This document shows, in pieces, positions 52,101 through 64,000 of a stretch of 64,000 bases of DNA. Numbering within the stretch: position 1 is the first letter of the stretch; each line of letters begins with the position of its first letter. This stretch comes from Malacoraja senta. Its lineage: Eukaryota. The stretch is taken from assembly GCA_038087875.1 (NCBI GenBank), contig CM075994.1, forward strand, positions 6,202,001 through 6,266,000, read 5' to 3'. The notes beneath the pieces are model-generated. The model was given only the letters and a program-made list of their open reading frames with translations. It was not told where the DNA came from and searched no databases. The position numbers and the translations under genes are program-made.

Positions 52101-52883
52101 CCATTCCTTCTGTGGAGTTAATCCATTTCAGTAAATGAATTGGGGAGAAGCACTAACAGCTTATTAAAGTAGTTGTAAAGTATGGAAGCAGTGAGGGACC
52201 TTGTGAATATGTGCCTGGATATATGAAAGAGATGGATCAAATCCACAGAAGCTGCCAAAGTACATGAGATATGAGTACATGAGGTCATGTAAATGAGTAC
52301 AAGAGTACGTGAGGTCTGAAGAAGGGTGTTTGACCCGAAACGTCATCCACTCCTTCCCTCCAGAGATGCTGCCTGTCCCACTGAGTTACTCCAGCATTTT
52401 GTGTCCAGCCCAGCACAGAATGGGAATATGTAGGGTTTAAAGAGTTAAAATGGTTAGCAACAGGGAGTTCGAGCAGGCAAACACTGGCTGCTGTGTGGCC
52501 TAAAGTGCATTAGTGACTACAGTTAGAGAGTTGTGAATCACCTCCAAAGCACTCAAGGATGCTTTGAGAATCTGATTTAATCTCCATCTCTGAATCTTGC
52601 TCACTGTATGAAGTACCCTGCAGTCTGTCCCACTCAGTTACTCCAGCATTTTGTGGCTATCTTCGGTTTAAACCGGCATCTGTAGTTCCTTTCTTCGTGC
52701 ATTGATTAGTAAGGGTCTCAGGGGTTATGGGGAGAAGGCAGGAGAATGGGGTTGAGAGGGAAAGATAGATCGTGAATGATTGAATGGCGGAGTAGACCTG
52801 ATGGGCCAGACAGCCTAATTCTGCTCCTAGAACGTATGAACAAAAGACTTCTTCCAAACATCTGAATTGCTGAACGAAAGGAG

Positions 52884-53972
52884 CAGGGCCGGCCTTAAGC
52901 CGATTGGACCGATTGCTCCCAATTGGACCCCGCGAGTAAGGGGGCCCCGCACCAGAGTAATCTACTCTCGGCTCGGGTAGATCTACCACGGGTGGAGGGG
53001 GGAGAGAGGGGCAGAGAGAGAGTAGAGGGGTGGAGGGGGAAGAAAGGGGTAGACGGGGAGGGGGTGTGAGGGGGAATGGAGAAGGGGAGAGGGGGAGGTG
53101 GGTCGTTCACTCACGACAGCGCTCTCGCCCCTCCAGTCACCGTGCTTCACGCACACAGCCCCGGCTCCACCCCTCTCTCTCCCCGGGGAGACGCGGTGAA
53201 CAATGCGCAGGGGGCCGGGCTGGGGGTTAGAGCAACGTTTACAAACCTCGGCATCAGCTCACACTCGTCCGCCAGGACTCCAGCATCCGCTCCCGCCGCC
53301 GGCCCTCTCCCTCCCTTTCTCCTTCCCTTCTTCCCTCCTTCCTCTCTCTTTTCCCTTCTCTCATTCGCTCCATCCCTTCTTTCTCCCCTCCCTCCCTTCT
53401 GTCCTTCCTCCGTTCTCTCCCTCCCTCCCTCCCTTCCAAAGATCCTATAGCAATAAGATCTTTGCTCCCTCCCTCCCTTCTCTCCTTCTATCCCACACAC
53501 ACATCACGCACAGACAACTAACACACACAACTAAGTTAGGATGGGGTAGAAGCCCAAAGGGTAGGATGGGGCTGAAGCCCAAAATTTAATGCCTGGACAG
53601 GTTTTTCACCAATGGTTATCAGTTTTCCAGGATCTATTTAATTAAATTACTTTTTTTTTTCATTTTACAGTCAGTAGAACAAGTGGTATTGTAACTATGT
53701 ACTTTTCAGAGGTGATCTACACATTTTGTTTGTTACTTGTAGGCTTACATGGATGCAATTTTATATTAAAATGTAGCTTAGATCTGTTTGGTCCATTGAC
53801 ACGCAGGCACTTTTTAAGCGCACATTTTGATTACTTTCCATTCTACCATAGAGATATAAAGTCTATAATAGACTTTAATTGTATTTCTATGAATCTACAG
53901 ACCTTGGCTGGGAACCTGGGGCTCACCAAAATTGTTCCCAATTGGGCCCCGCAACTCCTAAGGCCGGCCCTG
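52884..53972. mobile_element. Non-autonomous hAT DNA transposon with GC-rich internal cargo
   Basis: 14-bp TIR CAGGGCCGGCCTTA / TAAGGCCGGCCCTG, perfect 8-bp TSD GAAAGGAG (52876-52883, 53973-53980), and subterminal CCCAATTGGRCCCCGC at both ends. Confidence 0.92.
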
Positions 53973-55529
53973 GAAAGGAGATACAGCCGGAATTACGCCA
54001 CCCTGGTAAAGCAAACACCAAACACCATCTGTTCAGTGTGCGATTACAATGTATTTGTAGAACTCTTTGTTTGTTCATAGAGGAGTAAATGACATAAAAC
54101 CGACGAAAGTCTGTGTGTCGGTTGGAAGGGAAAACATCTGCCCACAAAAGGTCAGGATGTTGAGGGAGTTTTATGATCGATTATATGACTGATTAACAAA
54201 CGTTCACCAAAGGTGTAGATGGAAGGTAGTAACGATCGGCAGTGGGTAAAAACAGGAGCACAAATGACTGAAAATGCTGGAATCTGGAATTAAAAAAGAT
54301 TTTCCTCAGTTGCCAGCCATTTTAATTCCCTTTTCAATTCTCCAGGTTAGAGTCATTCAGTGTGGAAACAGGCCCTTCGGCCCAACTCGGCCCAGGGGCC
54401 ACAGTTTAGGAATAAGGGGTAAGCCATTTAGAACGGAGGCGATGAAACACTTCTTCACACAGAGAGTTGTGAGTCTGTGGAATTCTCTGGCTCCGAGCGC
54501 GGGGGAGGCTGGTTCTCTGGATACTTTCAAGAGAGAGCTAGATAGGGCTCTTAAAGATAGTGGAGTCAGGGGATATGGGGAGAAGGCAGGAACAGGGCAC
54601 TGATTGGGGATGATCTGCCATGATCAGATTGAATGGCGGTGCAGACTCGAAGGGCCGAATGGCCTACACCTGCACCTATTGTCTATTTAGACTATAGAGA
54701 GATGCAGCACGGAAACAGGCCCTTCGGCGCACCGAGTCCACACCGACCAGTGATCACCCCGTGCACCAGCACTATCCCACACACAAGGGACAATTTTACA
54801 ACTGACCGAAGCCAATTAACCTACTAACCTGCTCGTTGTTGGAGTGTGCGAGGAAACCGGAGCAACCGGAGGAAACCCACATAGTGTCGGGGAGAACGTA
54901 CAAACTCCGTACAGACAGCACCCAAGGTCAGGAAGGTTTAGAGGTAATTTAATCTCCAAATAATCTACTGTTATTTTTCTTGCTTGGAGATCCTGAGATA
55001 TCATACAAACTGTGAACATTAGAAACTGAAGATGGTTTACAAAGAAAAGACACAAAGTGCTGGAGTAACTAGCGGGCCAGGCAGCTTCTCTGGGGAACAT
55101 GGATAGGTGATATTTAGGGTCGGGACCCTTCTTCAGACGAATTATGGCGTGGGGTGCGGGGAATCGTAAGCTAGATGGGAGGAATCATAGAGTGATACAG
55201 CATAGGAACATGCCCTTCGGCCCAACTCGCCCACACCGACCAACATGTCCCATCTAAACTAGTTCCACCTGCATGCGTTTGGCCCATATCCCTCTAAACC
55301 TGTCATATCCATGTACCTGTCTATTTCTTAAACATTGTGGTAGTATCTGCCTCAACTACCTCCTCCAACAGCTCCTTCCATACACCCACCACCCCTTGTG
55401 TAAAAAAGGTACCCTTCAGGTTCCTATTAAATGTTTCTCCCTCACCTTAAACGGAGGGGCCGGATGAAATAGGGCAGTAAATAGGTGAATGGGGGGGGGG
55501 GGTGCGTTTTGATGGGCAGATGCTTGGAC

Positions 55530-56520
55530 AAAGGCCAAACATGACAAACAGAAGATGTGAGACAAAAGGATTGAAGATTGCGAATTATGAAGCTAGAGGA
55601 GGGAATGTAGGTAGAGGGGAAGGGGAGAAATAGTTGTGAGTTCAGGTGGGGCAGAGGGGAGGTGGGGGAGTAAGGGGAGAGTGGTATCGCAGAGAAAGGG
55701 GATGAGGGTTGATAGAGGTTACCTAAGATTGGAGAATTTAGTGATCATACAGAATATGAGATGGTGTTCCTCCAGTTTGCATTTGGCCTCACTCTGGTAA
55801 TGGAGGAGGCACAGGACAGAAAGGTAGGTAGGGGAATGGGAATGGGAAAGGGAGTTAAAATGGTTAGCAATGGGAGATCCAGTAAGCCTAGCAGACTGAG
55901 CGCATTATTCAGCAAATCAGTAAACGGGTAGACGCTTGATCTCACTGATGTGGCCACAATGGGATCACCGGATGCTGCAGATGAGTTTAGAGGAGGTGCA
56001 CGTGAATCTCTGGAAGGACTGGTGGTGTCCCTGGATGAAATCAAGGGAGGAGGTATAGGGACAGGTATTACATCTCCTGTGGTTGCAGGTGTAAGTACCT
56101 GAGGAGGGGGTGGAATAGGTGGGAAGGGACGAGTGAACCAAGGAGTTGCAGGGGGAGTGGTCTCTGTGGGAGGCAGAAAGTGGTGGAGATGTAGTGGTGG
56201 TGGGATCACGTTGGTGGTGACGGAAATGTCAGAGGATGAAATGCTGGATGCGGAGGTGGTGGGGCGAAAGGCAAAAACCCAGGGGAACGCAATCCTTGGT
56301 CAATCAGGGAGAGGGGAAGGAGAGCAGAATTACGGGACACAGTGGAGATGCGGGTAAGGAATCAATCCATGCCCGCGGAAGGGAAACCTCTTTCACTACA
56401 GAAAGAAGACTTCTCAGATGGCCAAGAATGGAAAGCCTCATCTCAGGAGCAGATGGGGCAGAGACAGAGCAATTGAGAATAGGGGATTAGTGTTTTTGCA
56501 AGAGGCAGGGTGGGAAGTAG
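55530..56520 (-). mobile_element. Degenerate Penelope-like element (Cys-rich linker plus GIY-YIG remnant)
   Basis: The minus strand reads GTYTCNHRRCNTCPYTSS..RFTCTSSKLICSI with stops and frameshifts, then a HFNS..LEEHHLI-like segment. Confidence 0.8.
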
Positions 56521-56969
56521 TGCAGAAACAAAGAACTGCAGATTGTAGTTTATACCAAAGATAGACACAAAGTTCTGAACTAACACTTCAGTGCGGCCAC
56601 GGGGCGCAGCGGTAGAGTTGCTGCCTTACAACGCTTGCAGCGCCGGAGACCTGGGTTCGATCCCGTCCCTGGGTGCTGTCTGTACAGAGTTTAACGTTCT
56701 CCCCGCGACCACGTGGGTTTTCGCCGAGAACCTCGGGTTTCCTCCCACACTCCAAAGACGGCTTGATAAATGTCAAAAATTGTCCTTAGTGTGTTCAGGA
56801 CAGTGTTTATTGCGAGAATCACTGGTCGGCGCAGACCCAGTGGGCCGTGCTATATCTCTAAACTAAACAAGAGATCAAGAAAGGGAGGCGAGGTGTCAGT
56901 TAGTCCAGGTGAATATGAACGCAAGGTGTTCAATGGTGACCTGAATGCAATTATCAAGTTCTCCAATAT

Positions 56970-57520
56970 TTGAGGAGGGGAAAGAGGAGGGGGGAAAGAG
57001 GAGTGGGGTAGATAGGAGGGGGGAGTGGGGAAAGGGAGGGGGTAGAGGGGAGGGGTGGTTGGAGATGGGGAGAGGTGGGGTGGCGGAGGGGAGAGGGGTG
57101 TGGAGGAGGGTAGTGGGGAGGGGGGCAGAAGGTGGAAGGGGGAGAGTAGACAGGAGAGGGGAAAGGAGGGGGGGAGAGAGAGGGGGGTGAGAGAGGGGGA
57201 GGGAGGAGAGGGGAGAGAAGAGGTGGGAGTGGTGGAGGGGCGAGGGAGGGGAGGGGTAGAGGAGGGAAGGGCGGGAGGGGGAGAGAGAGTAGAGGGGAGA
57301 GGGAGGGGAGAGAGAGAAGGGGTGAGAGAGGGGGAGGGAGGAGAGGTTGAGAAGAGGAGGGTGGCGAGAGGTGGAGGGGAGCCGGGCGAGTAAGTGGGCC
57401 GCGAAAAGAGGGGAGAGCCCGGGAAAAAAACACAAAAAGAGAGAGAGAGAGAGAGAGAAAGAGAAAGAGAAAAAAAGAGGGGGAGGGGGGAGAGGGGGAG
57501 AGAGGCAGAGAGGGAGAGTA
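56970..57520. repeat. GA-rich low-complexity tract
   Basis: Very purine-rich + strand with many G runs. Confidence 0.9.
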
Positions 57521-60391
57521 CAGGCCCCGACTCGCTGGAAACCCGGAGCGGGTAGCAGCGGGGTGAGGGGCAGTATAGGAGCAGTTAGCAGAGGGAGGGA
57601 GGGCCGCTTCAAAAGCAAGCCGGGCAGCTCATGAGCGCCGGTGACCTCGGGATCTGCAGAACTTGCTCGTTCTTTCTGTGCCCTTTGAAGAACGGGGGGG
57701 GGGGGGAGGAGGGTGGTGACGTAACTCGTGGAAAACCGTGTCCTTGTGCGTTGACAGCAGCTGCTTTAATCCAGAGCCCGGGGGCTGGGCCACGTCATCA
57801 GCTGGCCAGCGGTTAGATTTGGGGGGGGGGGGGGGAAGTCAGATTTGTGGAACAAGTTTAGTTTTAAAAACTCAGGAAATAATTAACCAAATTTAGAGAT
57901 GTGTGGATTTTTGAAATCATGAGGTAAATCTCTACCGGAATGTGTAAAAATTTGACCGTTTCTGTTATGACAAGTAGAACATTACCCTCGCCCACGTTGC
58001 CTGTAAAACCCCTCGCCCACGTTGCCTGTAAGCTTGTGAAAGCCCCACCACCACAAAGGTCAGCACCCTGAAAGTGCTACTGAGTTCATTTCCTTGCTGA
58101 AACCTTCCTTGTCAGTGAAACAAAAATGAAGGACAGACACTGTAATCTTGAGCAATACACAAAGTGCTGGTGGAACTCAGTGGGTCAGGCAGCATCTGCA
58201 GAGAAGAAGGGGTTTCGGCCCGAAACGTTGCCTATTTCCTTCGCTCCATAGATGCTGCTGCACCCGCTGAGTTTCTCCAGCATTTTTGTGTACCTTCGAT
58301 TTTCCAGCATCTGCAGTTCCTTCTTTAACACAGCATCTGCAGAGAGATGTTTCGAATTTGGACCCGTCTTCAGTCTGATTGTAGTAGGGGGAGGGGAGGG
58401 GGGGGGGGCGAAAGGTGTATAACACAGGTGGGGCCAAGGACAAAGCCTGGAAAGTGGTTAAACACAAAATGCTGGAGCAACTGAACGGGACTGGCAGCAT
58501 CTCTGAAGAGAAGGAATGCGTCTGAAAAAGGGTCTCGATCCAAACCGTCACCCATTCTTTCTCTCCTGAGATGCTGCCTGCCCCACTGAGTTACTCCAGC
58601 ATTTTCTGTCTATCTTCAGTTTAAACCAGCATCTTCAGTTTTTTCCTACATGAGTGACAGGTGGATGCAGGTAAAAGAGAGGTTTCTGTAGGACTGCAGA
58701 TGTGTAGGAAAGAACTTCAGATGCTGGTTTAAAACGAAGGTAGACACAAAATGCTGGAGTAACTCAGTGGGTCAGGCAGCATCTCTGGAGAGAAGGAATG
58801 AGTGACATTTTGGGTCGAGACCCCTTCTTCAGACTGACACCAGGAGAACTTCAAGTCACCCTTGCTTTCCCTCTCTCTTCATTCCTCACCTTCCCAGTTC
58901 TCTGACCAGTCTTACTGTCTCTGACTATATTCCTTCTCTCCAGAGATGCTGCCTGTCCCACTGAGTTACTCAAGCATTTTGTGTCTTTCTTCAGTTTAAA
59001 CCAGCATCTGCAGTTCCTTCCTACACTAGTGATAGTGGATACAGGTGAAGGTGGGTGTTGATGGGGAGAGATTAAAAGATTAAAAGGGGGCAAAAGTCTG
59101 TTAGTTAAGGAGAGAATTGGGGGGAAATGTAAAGCCAGGGGGAGATGATTGAGGAAGAGATGTGGGGATATCAGCCATTCATTTGAGGGCGGCACGGTTA
59201 CGCAGCAATAGAGTTGCTACCTCACAGCGCCAGAGACCCGGGTCCGATCCTGACCACGGGTGCTGGCTGAACGAGTTTGTACTTTCTCCCCGTGACTTGC
59301 GTGGGTTGCCTCCGGGTGCTCCGGTTTCCTCCAGAAGTTAATTAGTTTCTGTTTTAAAAAAAAGTTAATTATCCCTTTAAGGGTTTGGACAGCTAGAGGC
59401 AGGAAACATGTCCAGAACCAGGGGGCTACAGTTTAAGAATAAGGGGTAAGCCATTTAGAACGGAGACGCGGAAACACTTATTCACACAGAGTTGTGAGTC
59501 TGTGGAATTCTCCGCCTCAGAGGGTTCTCTGGATATTTTCAAAAGAGAGCTAGATAGGGCTCTTAAAGATAGCGGAGTCAGGGGATATGGGGAGAAGGCA
59601 GGAACGGGGTACTCATTGGGGATGATCAGCTATGATCACATTGAATGGCGGTGCTGGCTCGGTTCTCTACTCCAGCACCTATTGTCTATTGTGTATGGTG
59701 TGTATGTGAGATAGCGCTGTATCTCTAAAGTTTAAAGTAATCTATGCGTTCGCTAATAATAAATGTAACAATAATCAATACACTGGTGCGTAATACGGAT
59801 TCCAAGGGCGTCTGACGAAGACTCCCGATCCCAAAGGTGGTCTATCTAAATCTCCACCACCACCCCCCCCCCCTCCCTCCCCTCCGCATATGCTTCCGCT
59901 GAGTTTCTGAAGAAGGGTCCTGACCCGAAACGTCCATTTTATTCCCAGCTTCCTTTGTCTGAATATACGACACAAAATGCTGGAGTAACTCAGCGGGTTT
60001 CCGAAGAATGTCCCGGCCCGAAACGGCACCTACCCGATTTCCCCCAGAGATTTTTCCCCAAAGTTCTCTGACCAGTCTACTGTATCTGACTACATTCCTC
60101 TCCAGAGATGCTGCCTGTCCCGCCGAGTTCATTTCGTGCCTACCTTCGTATTAAACCAACATCAGCAGTTCCTTTCTCGGCCTCCTTTGTTTGAAAGAGG
60201 GAAAAATTCTCGGCCAGCCAACAACCCAGCGAAAATCAATACGCACCTAAAACGGACATCCCTAAAGATGCGATCGGCAGATCAAAGTAAGGGGAAAGTA
60301 AAATATCTTGAAGCAGTAAGAAAAGATCCGCGATATTGCAAGTCCGGACAGAAAGCAGACAGACACCAAACAGTTCAGGGTGTGAACTAAC

Positions 60392-60458
60392 CTCCTGAGT
60401 CGCTCAACAGCCAAATAATCCCGATGCTGAAGACTATTCCCAAATCCGCCCTGATCAT
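60392..60458 (-). CDS. Signal-peptide (leader) exon, probably exon 1 of the SLAM-like gene
   Basis: gagATG start, MIRADLGIVFSIGIIWLLSDSG, strong phase-1 donor GAG|gttagt compatible with the IgV acceptor at 11309. Confidence 0.7.
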
Positions 60459-60499
60459 CTCTAAAAAGGTTGATAAGGCACTGGTGCTTTTGCAACTCT

Positions 60500-60530
60500 C
60501 CAAATGCGCATAGGAAGGGGCGGGGTTAAC
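60500..60530 (-). promoter_or_regulatory. Proximal promoter motifs upstream of the leader exon
   Basis: GC box GGGGCGGGG (60517-60525), ETS-like AGGAAG and TGCGCA, 45-70 bp upstream of the ATG. Confidence 0.45.
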
Positions 60531-61239
60531 CGAGGAAACGGGCCCTTCTACCCACCGAGTCCGTGCCGGCCAGCGATCTGGCTAACACTAACACTATCCT
60601 ACAAACACGGCACAATTTACATTTGTTTTACCTACGCCGATTAACATGCAACCCTGTACATCTTTGGAGTGTGGAAGGGAACCGGAACGCCCGCTGGAAA
60701 CCCACATGGTCACAAGGATAACGTACAAGCTCTGTACAGACAAGCACCCGAGGTCAGGATCCAACCCGGGTCCTTGGCGTTGTAAGTAGGGTTGCCAACT
60801 GTCCCGTATTAGCCGACATCCCGTATATTGGGCTAAATTGGTTTGTCCCATACAGGACAGCCCTTGTCCGTATTTGATTGCTCCTAGCAGGTGCTCCTCA
60901 ACAAGCAAGGGCATTGAGAACCTACAATCCTGCATTGACTGCACGGATTGGAATGTGTTCAGGGAAGCAAACACAAGCCTCGATGAGTATACAGACATTA
61001 TCATCATATATCAGCTTTTGTGAGGACAGTTGCATTCCAACTTGGACCAGGACCTGGTTCACCAACGACAAGCCCTGGTTTACTGCAGAACTCAGACAGC
61101 TCCGACCAGGGCCGGATTTAGATCAAGAGAGGCCCTAGGCTATTCCGCTTGTGAGGCCCCTCCCAATCCCCCACCCCCACGACGAGAGGAAGATGGAAGA
61201 GTCCACCAGAGCGTGGCCAATGAGATAAGGGCTGGAAAG

Positions 61240-62940
61240 CTGCGCTTTTATTTATTGCCAGTGCAGAGTAGCAATGGAAACTGTGAGATTCAAAGAAGAG
61301 GAGGTGCGGACACTTTTGAAAAATATGAAAACGGATAAGTCTCCAGGTCCTGACAGGATATTCCCTAGCACATTGAGGGAAGTTAGTGTAGAAATAGCAG
61401 GGGCTATGACAGAAATATTTCAAATGTCATTAGAAACGGGAATAGTGCCGGAGGATTGGCGTACTGCGCATGTTGTTCCATTGTTTAAAAAGGGTTCGAA
61501 GAGTAAACCTAGCAATTATAGACCTGTTAGTTTGACATCAGTGGTGGGCAAATTAATGGAAAGGATACTTAAAGATAATATATATAAGCATCTGGATAAG
61601 CAGGGTCTGATTAGGAACAGTCAACATGGATTTGTGCCTGGAAGGTCATGCTTGACTAATCTTCTTGAATTTTTCGAAGAGGTTACTAGGGAAATTGATG
61701 AGGGTAAAGCAGTGGATGTTGTCTATATGGACTTCAGTAAGGCCTTTGACAAGGTTCCTCATGGAAGGTTGGTTAAGAAGATTCAATTGTTGGGTATTAA
61801 TGGTGGAGTAGCAAGATGGATTCAACAGTGGCTGAATGGGAGATGCCAGAGAGTAATGGTGGATGGCTGTTTGTCAGGTTGGAGGCCGGTGACTAGTGGG
61901 GTGCCTCAGGGGTCTGTGTTGGGTCCACTGTTGTTTGTCATGTACATCAATGATCTGGATGAAGGTGTGGAAAATTGGATTAGTAAGTATGCAGATTATA
62001 CTAAGATAGGTGGTGTTGTGGATAATGAAGTAGATTTTCAAAGTCTACAGAGAGATTTAGGCCATTTGGAAGAGTGGGCTGAAAGATGGCAGATGGAGTT
62101 TAATGCTGACAAATGTGAGGTGCTACATCTCGGCAGGACAAATCAAAATAGGACGTACACGGTAAATGGTAGCGAATTGAGGAATGCAGTTGAACAGAGG
62201 GATCTAGGAATAACTGTGCATAGTTCCCTGAAGGTGGAATCTCATGTAGATAGGGTGGTAAAGAAAGCTTTTGGTGTGCTGGCCTTTATAAATCAGAGCA
62301 TTGAATATAGAAGTTGGGATGTAATGTTAAAATTGTACAAGGCATTGGTGAGGCCAATTCTGGAGTATGGAGTACAATTTTGGTCGCCTAATTATAGGAA
62401 GGATGTCAACAAAATAGAGAGAGTACAGAGGAGATTTACTAGAATGATGCCTGGGTTTCAGCAACTAAGTTACAGAGAAAGGTTGAACAAGTTAGGTCTT
62501 TATTCTTTGGAGCGCAGAAGGTTAAGAGGGGACTTGAGAGAGGTCTTTAAAATTATGAGCGGGTTAGACAGAGTGGACGTGGATAAGCTTTTCCCATTGA
62601 GAGTAGGGAAGATTCAAACAAGGGGACATGACTGGAGAATTAAGGGACAGAAGTTTAGGGGGAACTTCTTTGCTCAGAGAGTGGTAGCTGTGTGGAATGA
62701 GCTTCCAGTGGAAGTGGTGGAGGCAGGTTCAATGTTATCCTTTAAAAATAGATTGGATGGGTATATGGACGGGAAAGGAATGGAGGGTTATGGTCTGAGT
62801 GCAGGTAGATGGGACTAGGGGGAAGCATTTTATTTTTTATTTAAAAAAATAAAAATAAAAATAAAAAATTAAATGTTCGGCACGGACTTGAAGGGCCGAG
62901 ATGGCCTGTTTCCGTGCTGTTATGGTTATATGGTTATATA
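61240..62940 (+). mobile_element. 5'-truncated CR1 LINE with a 514-aa open RT ORF (61274-62818)
   Basis: KSPGPD, NYRPVSLTS, QHGF, YMDFSKAFDKVPH, GVPQGSVLGP and LVRPILEY motifs. The catalytic YADD reads YADY. (TATGGT)-like tail. Confidence 0.95.
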
Positions 62941-64000
62941 GTGTCGAGTTATCGGCTTAAAACACTATTATTCTGAAATGGAGGGCAAGGAAAATTACTG
63001 AAGTGTTGTTTAGAGACTATAGTGCATTGTGGCAGCATATGTAAGAAAGGCCTATAACAATGTGAAAAATATTATTCACCAGGCCCGTACGAAGCTTTTC
63101 GAAAAGGGGGTGGCATGGCAGGATTACAAAAGATTTATGTGAAATAAGTGCACGCAGCGCATATCACAAGCGCGAAGCTCAAAGACCCTTGCGGCCGGGA
63201 TCCAGGGCCCGCTTAAAGGGTTTTAGATGCTCTCCTGTGCATTCTGAGCCTTATTTTGGAGCATTTATGCACCAAATTTATGACCAATATTTCAGGAATA
63301 ATTTTGGTTGAGTCAAGAGTAATGATTGGTTGGAATGGGATGATTGGTGCATTGTTGTATACATTTTTTGTAAACAAGAGTTGAAGCTGTTGAAGCTGTT
63401 CATGTTTTAATAATCGGTTGTACTGTAAAATGTTATAAAGGAGCATGTAAACACTGCAAATAAAATACTGTAAGTTTTTGCAGTAAATAAAACATTTTTT
63501 CAGAAAATGTGTTGTGTGTTGATTTGACCGCCTGTTACTGTTGGACAGTATTAGTGTGTGCACATTAAAAATATGATGCAAAATGAAAGCCGCAAACTAT
63601 GGAATACATATTTTTCAGTATTGTTATCAAGGAAAAGAAAGCAGTTCCAATTGTTTGATATTAGTCATATGTAGGAGATTATATAATTACTCTAAAACCT
63701 ACCTTAATTTTGCAATCTCACTAAAGACAATCCCCCTTTCCCTCCCCCTCCTCCTTCCCCCTCCCTCTCCCTCCACCTCTCTCGCCCTCCCCATCTCTCT
63801 CTCCCTCTCCTCCCCTTCCGCTCTCTCTCTCCCTCTTCCCCCCCTCCCTCTCTCTCCCCCTCTGTCTCAACCCCCTTTCCCCCTCTCACATCCCCCTCTC
63901 TCTCCCTCCCATGCAGCGAGGCTCTGACTCCGCGCCCCTGATACCGCAGCCCCCCCCCCCCCACTGGCCCTGAGAAACGGGCACTACCGCAACGCAATAT

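Noticed and set aside
56896..57634. Long Pro/Leu/Ser- and Gly/Arg/Glu-rich ORFs (also 53030-53589, 63583-63997)
   Set aside because: Products of low-complexity purine/pyrimidine tracts that lack stop codons.
60787..60880. Complete hAT element beginning TAGGGTTGCCAAC (also CAGGCCCGTAC at 63080)
   Set aside because: Only one terminus is visible. No partner TIR or TSD was found in the window.

Overview
Repeat-dense vertebrate genomic DNA. The repeat inventory (HE1-type V-SINEs sharing a CR1 3' tail, CR1, Rex1/Babar, AT-rich L1, Penelope-like elements) points to a cartilaginous fish, probably a skate or ray (inference). Most of the window is spanned by a minus-strand CD2/SLAM-family Ig receptor gene: a predicted leader exon at 60392-60458, a ~49 kb first intron, then IgV (10980-11309), IgC2 (10074-10364) and TM (4684-4804) exons, all joined in phase 1. 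Its cytoplasmic exons are unresolved. Four things stand out. (i) Two non-autonomous hAT-like DNA transposons carry host-like cargo; one holds what looks like exon 1 of TDP2 (UBA-like domain). (ii) There is a candidate nested antisense two-exon gene at a CpG island (34549-36207). (iii) There is a ~1 kb near-perfect inverted duplication. (iv) Many short Penelope-derived repeats contain minimal hammerhead ribozymes, some as stand-alone palindromes with target-site duplications. All calls come from reading the sequence by eye; no database searches were run, and repeat boundaries are approximate unless TIR/TSD coordinates are given.
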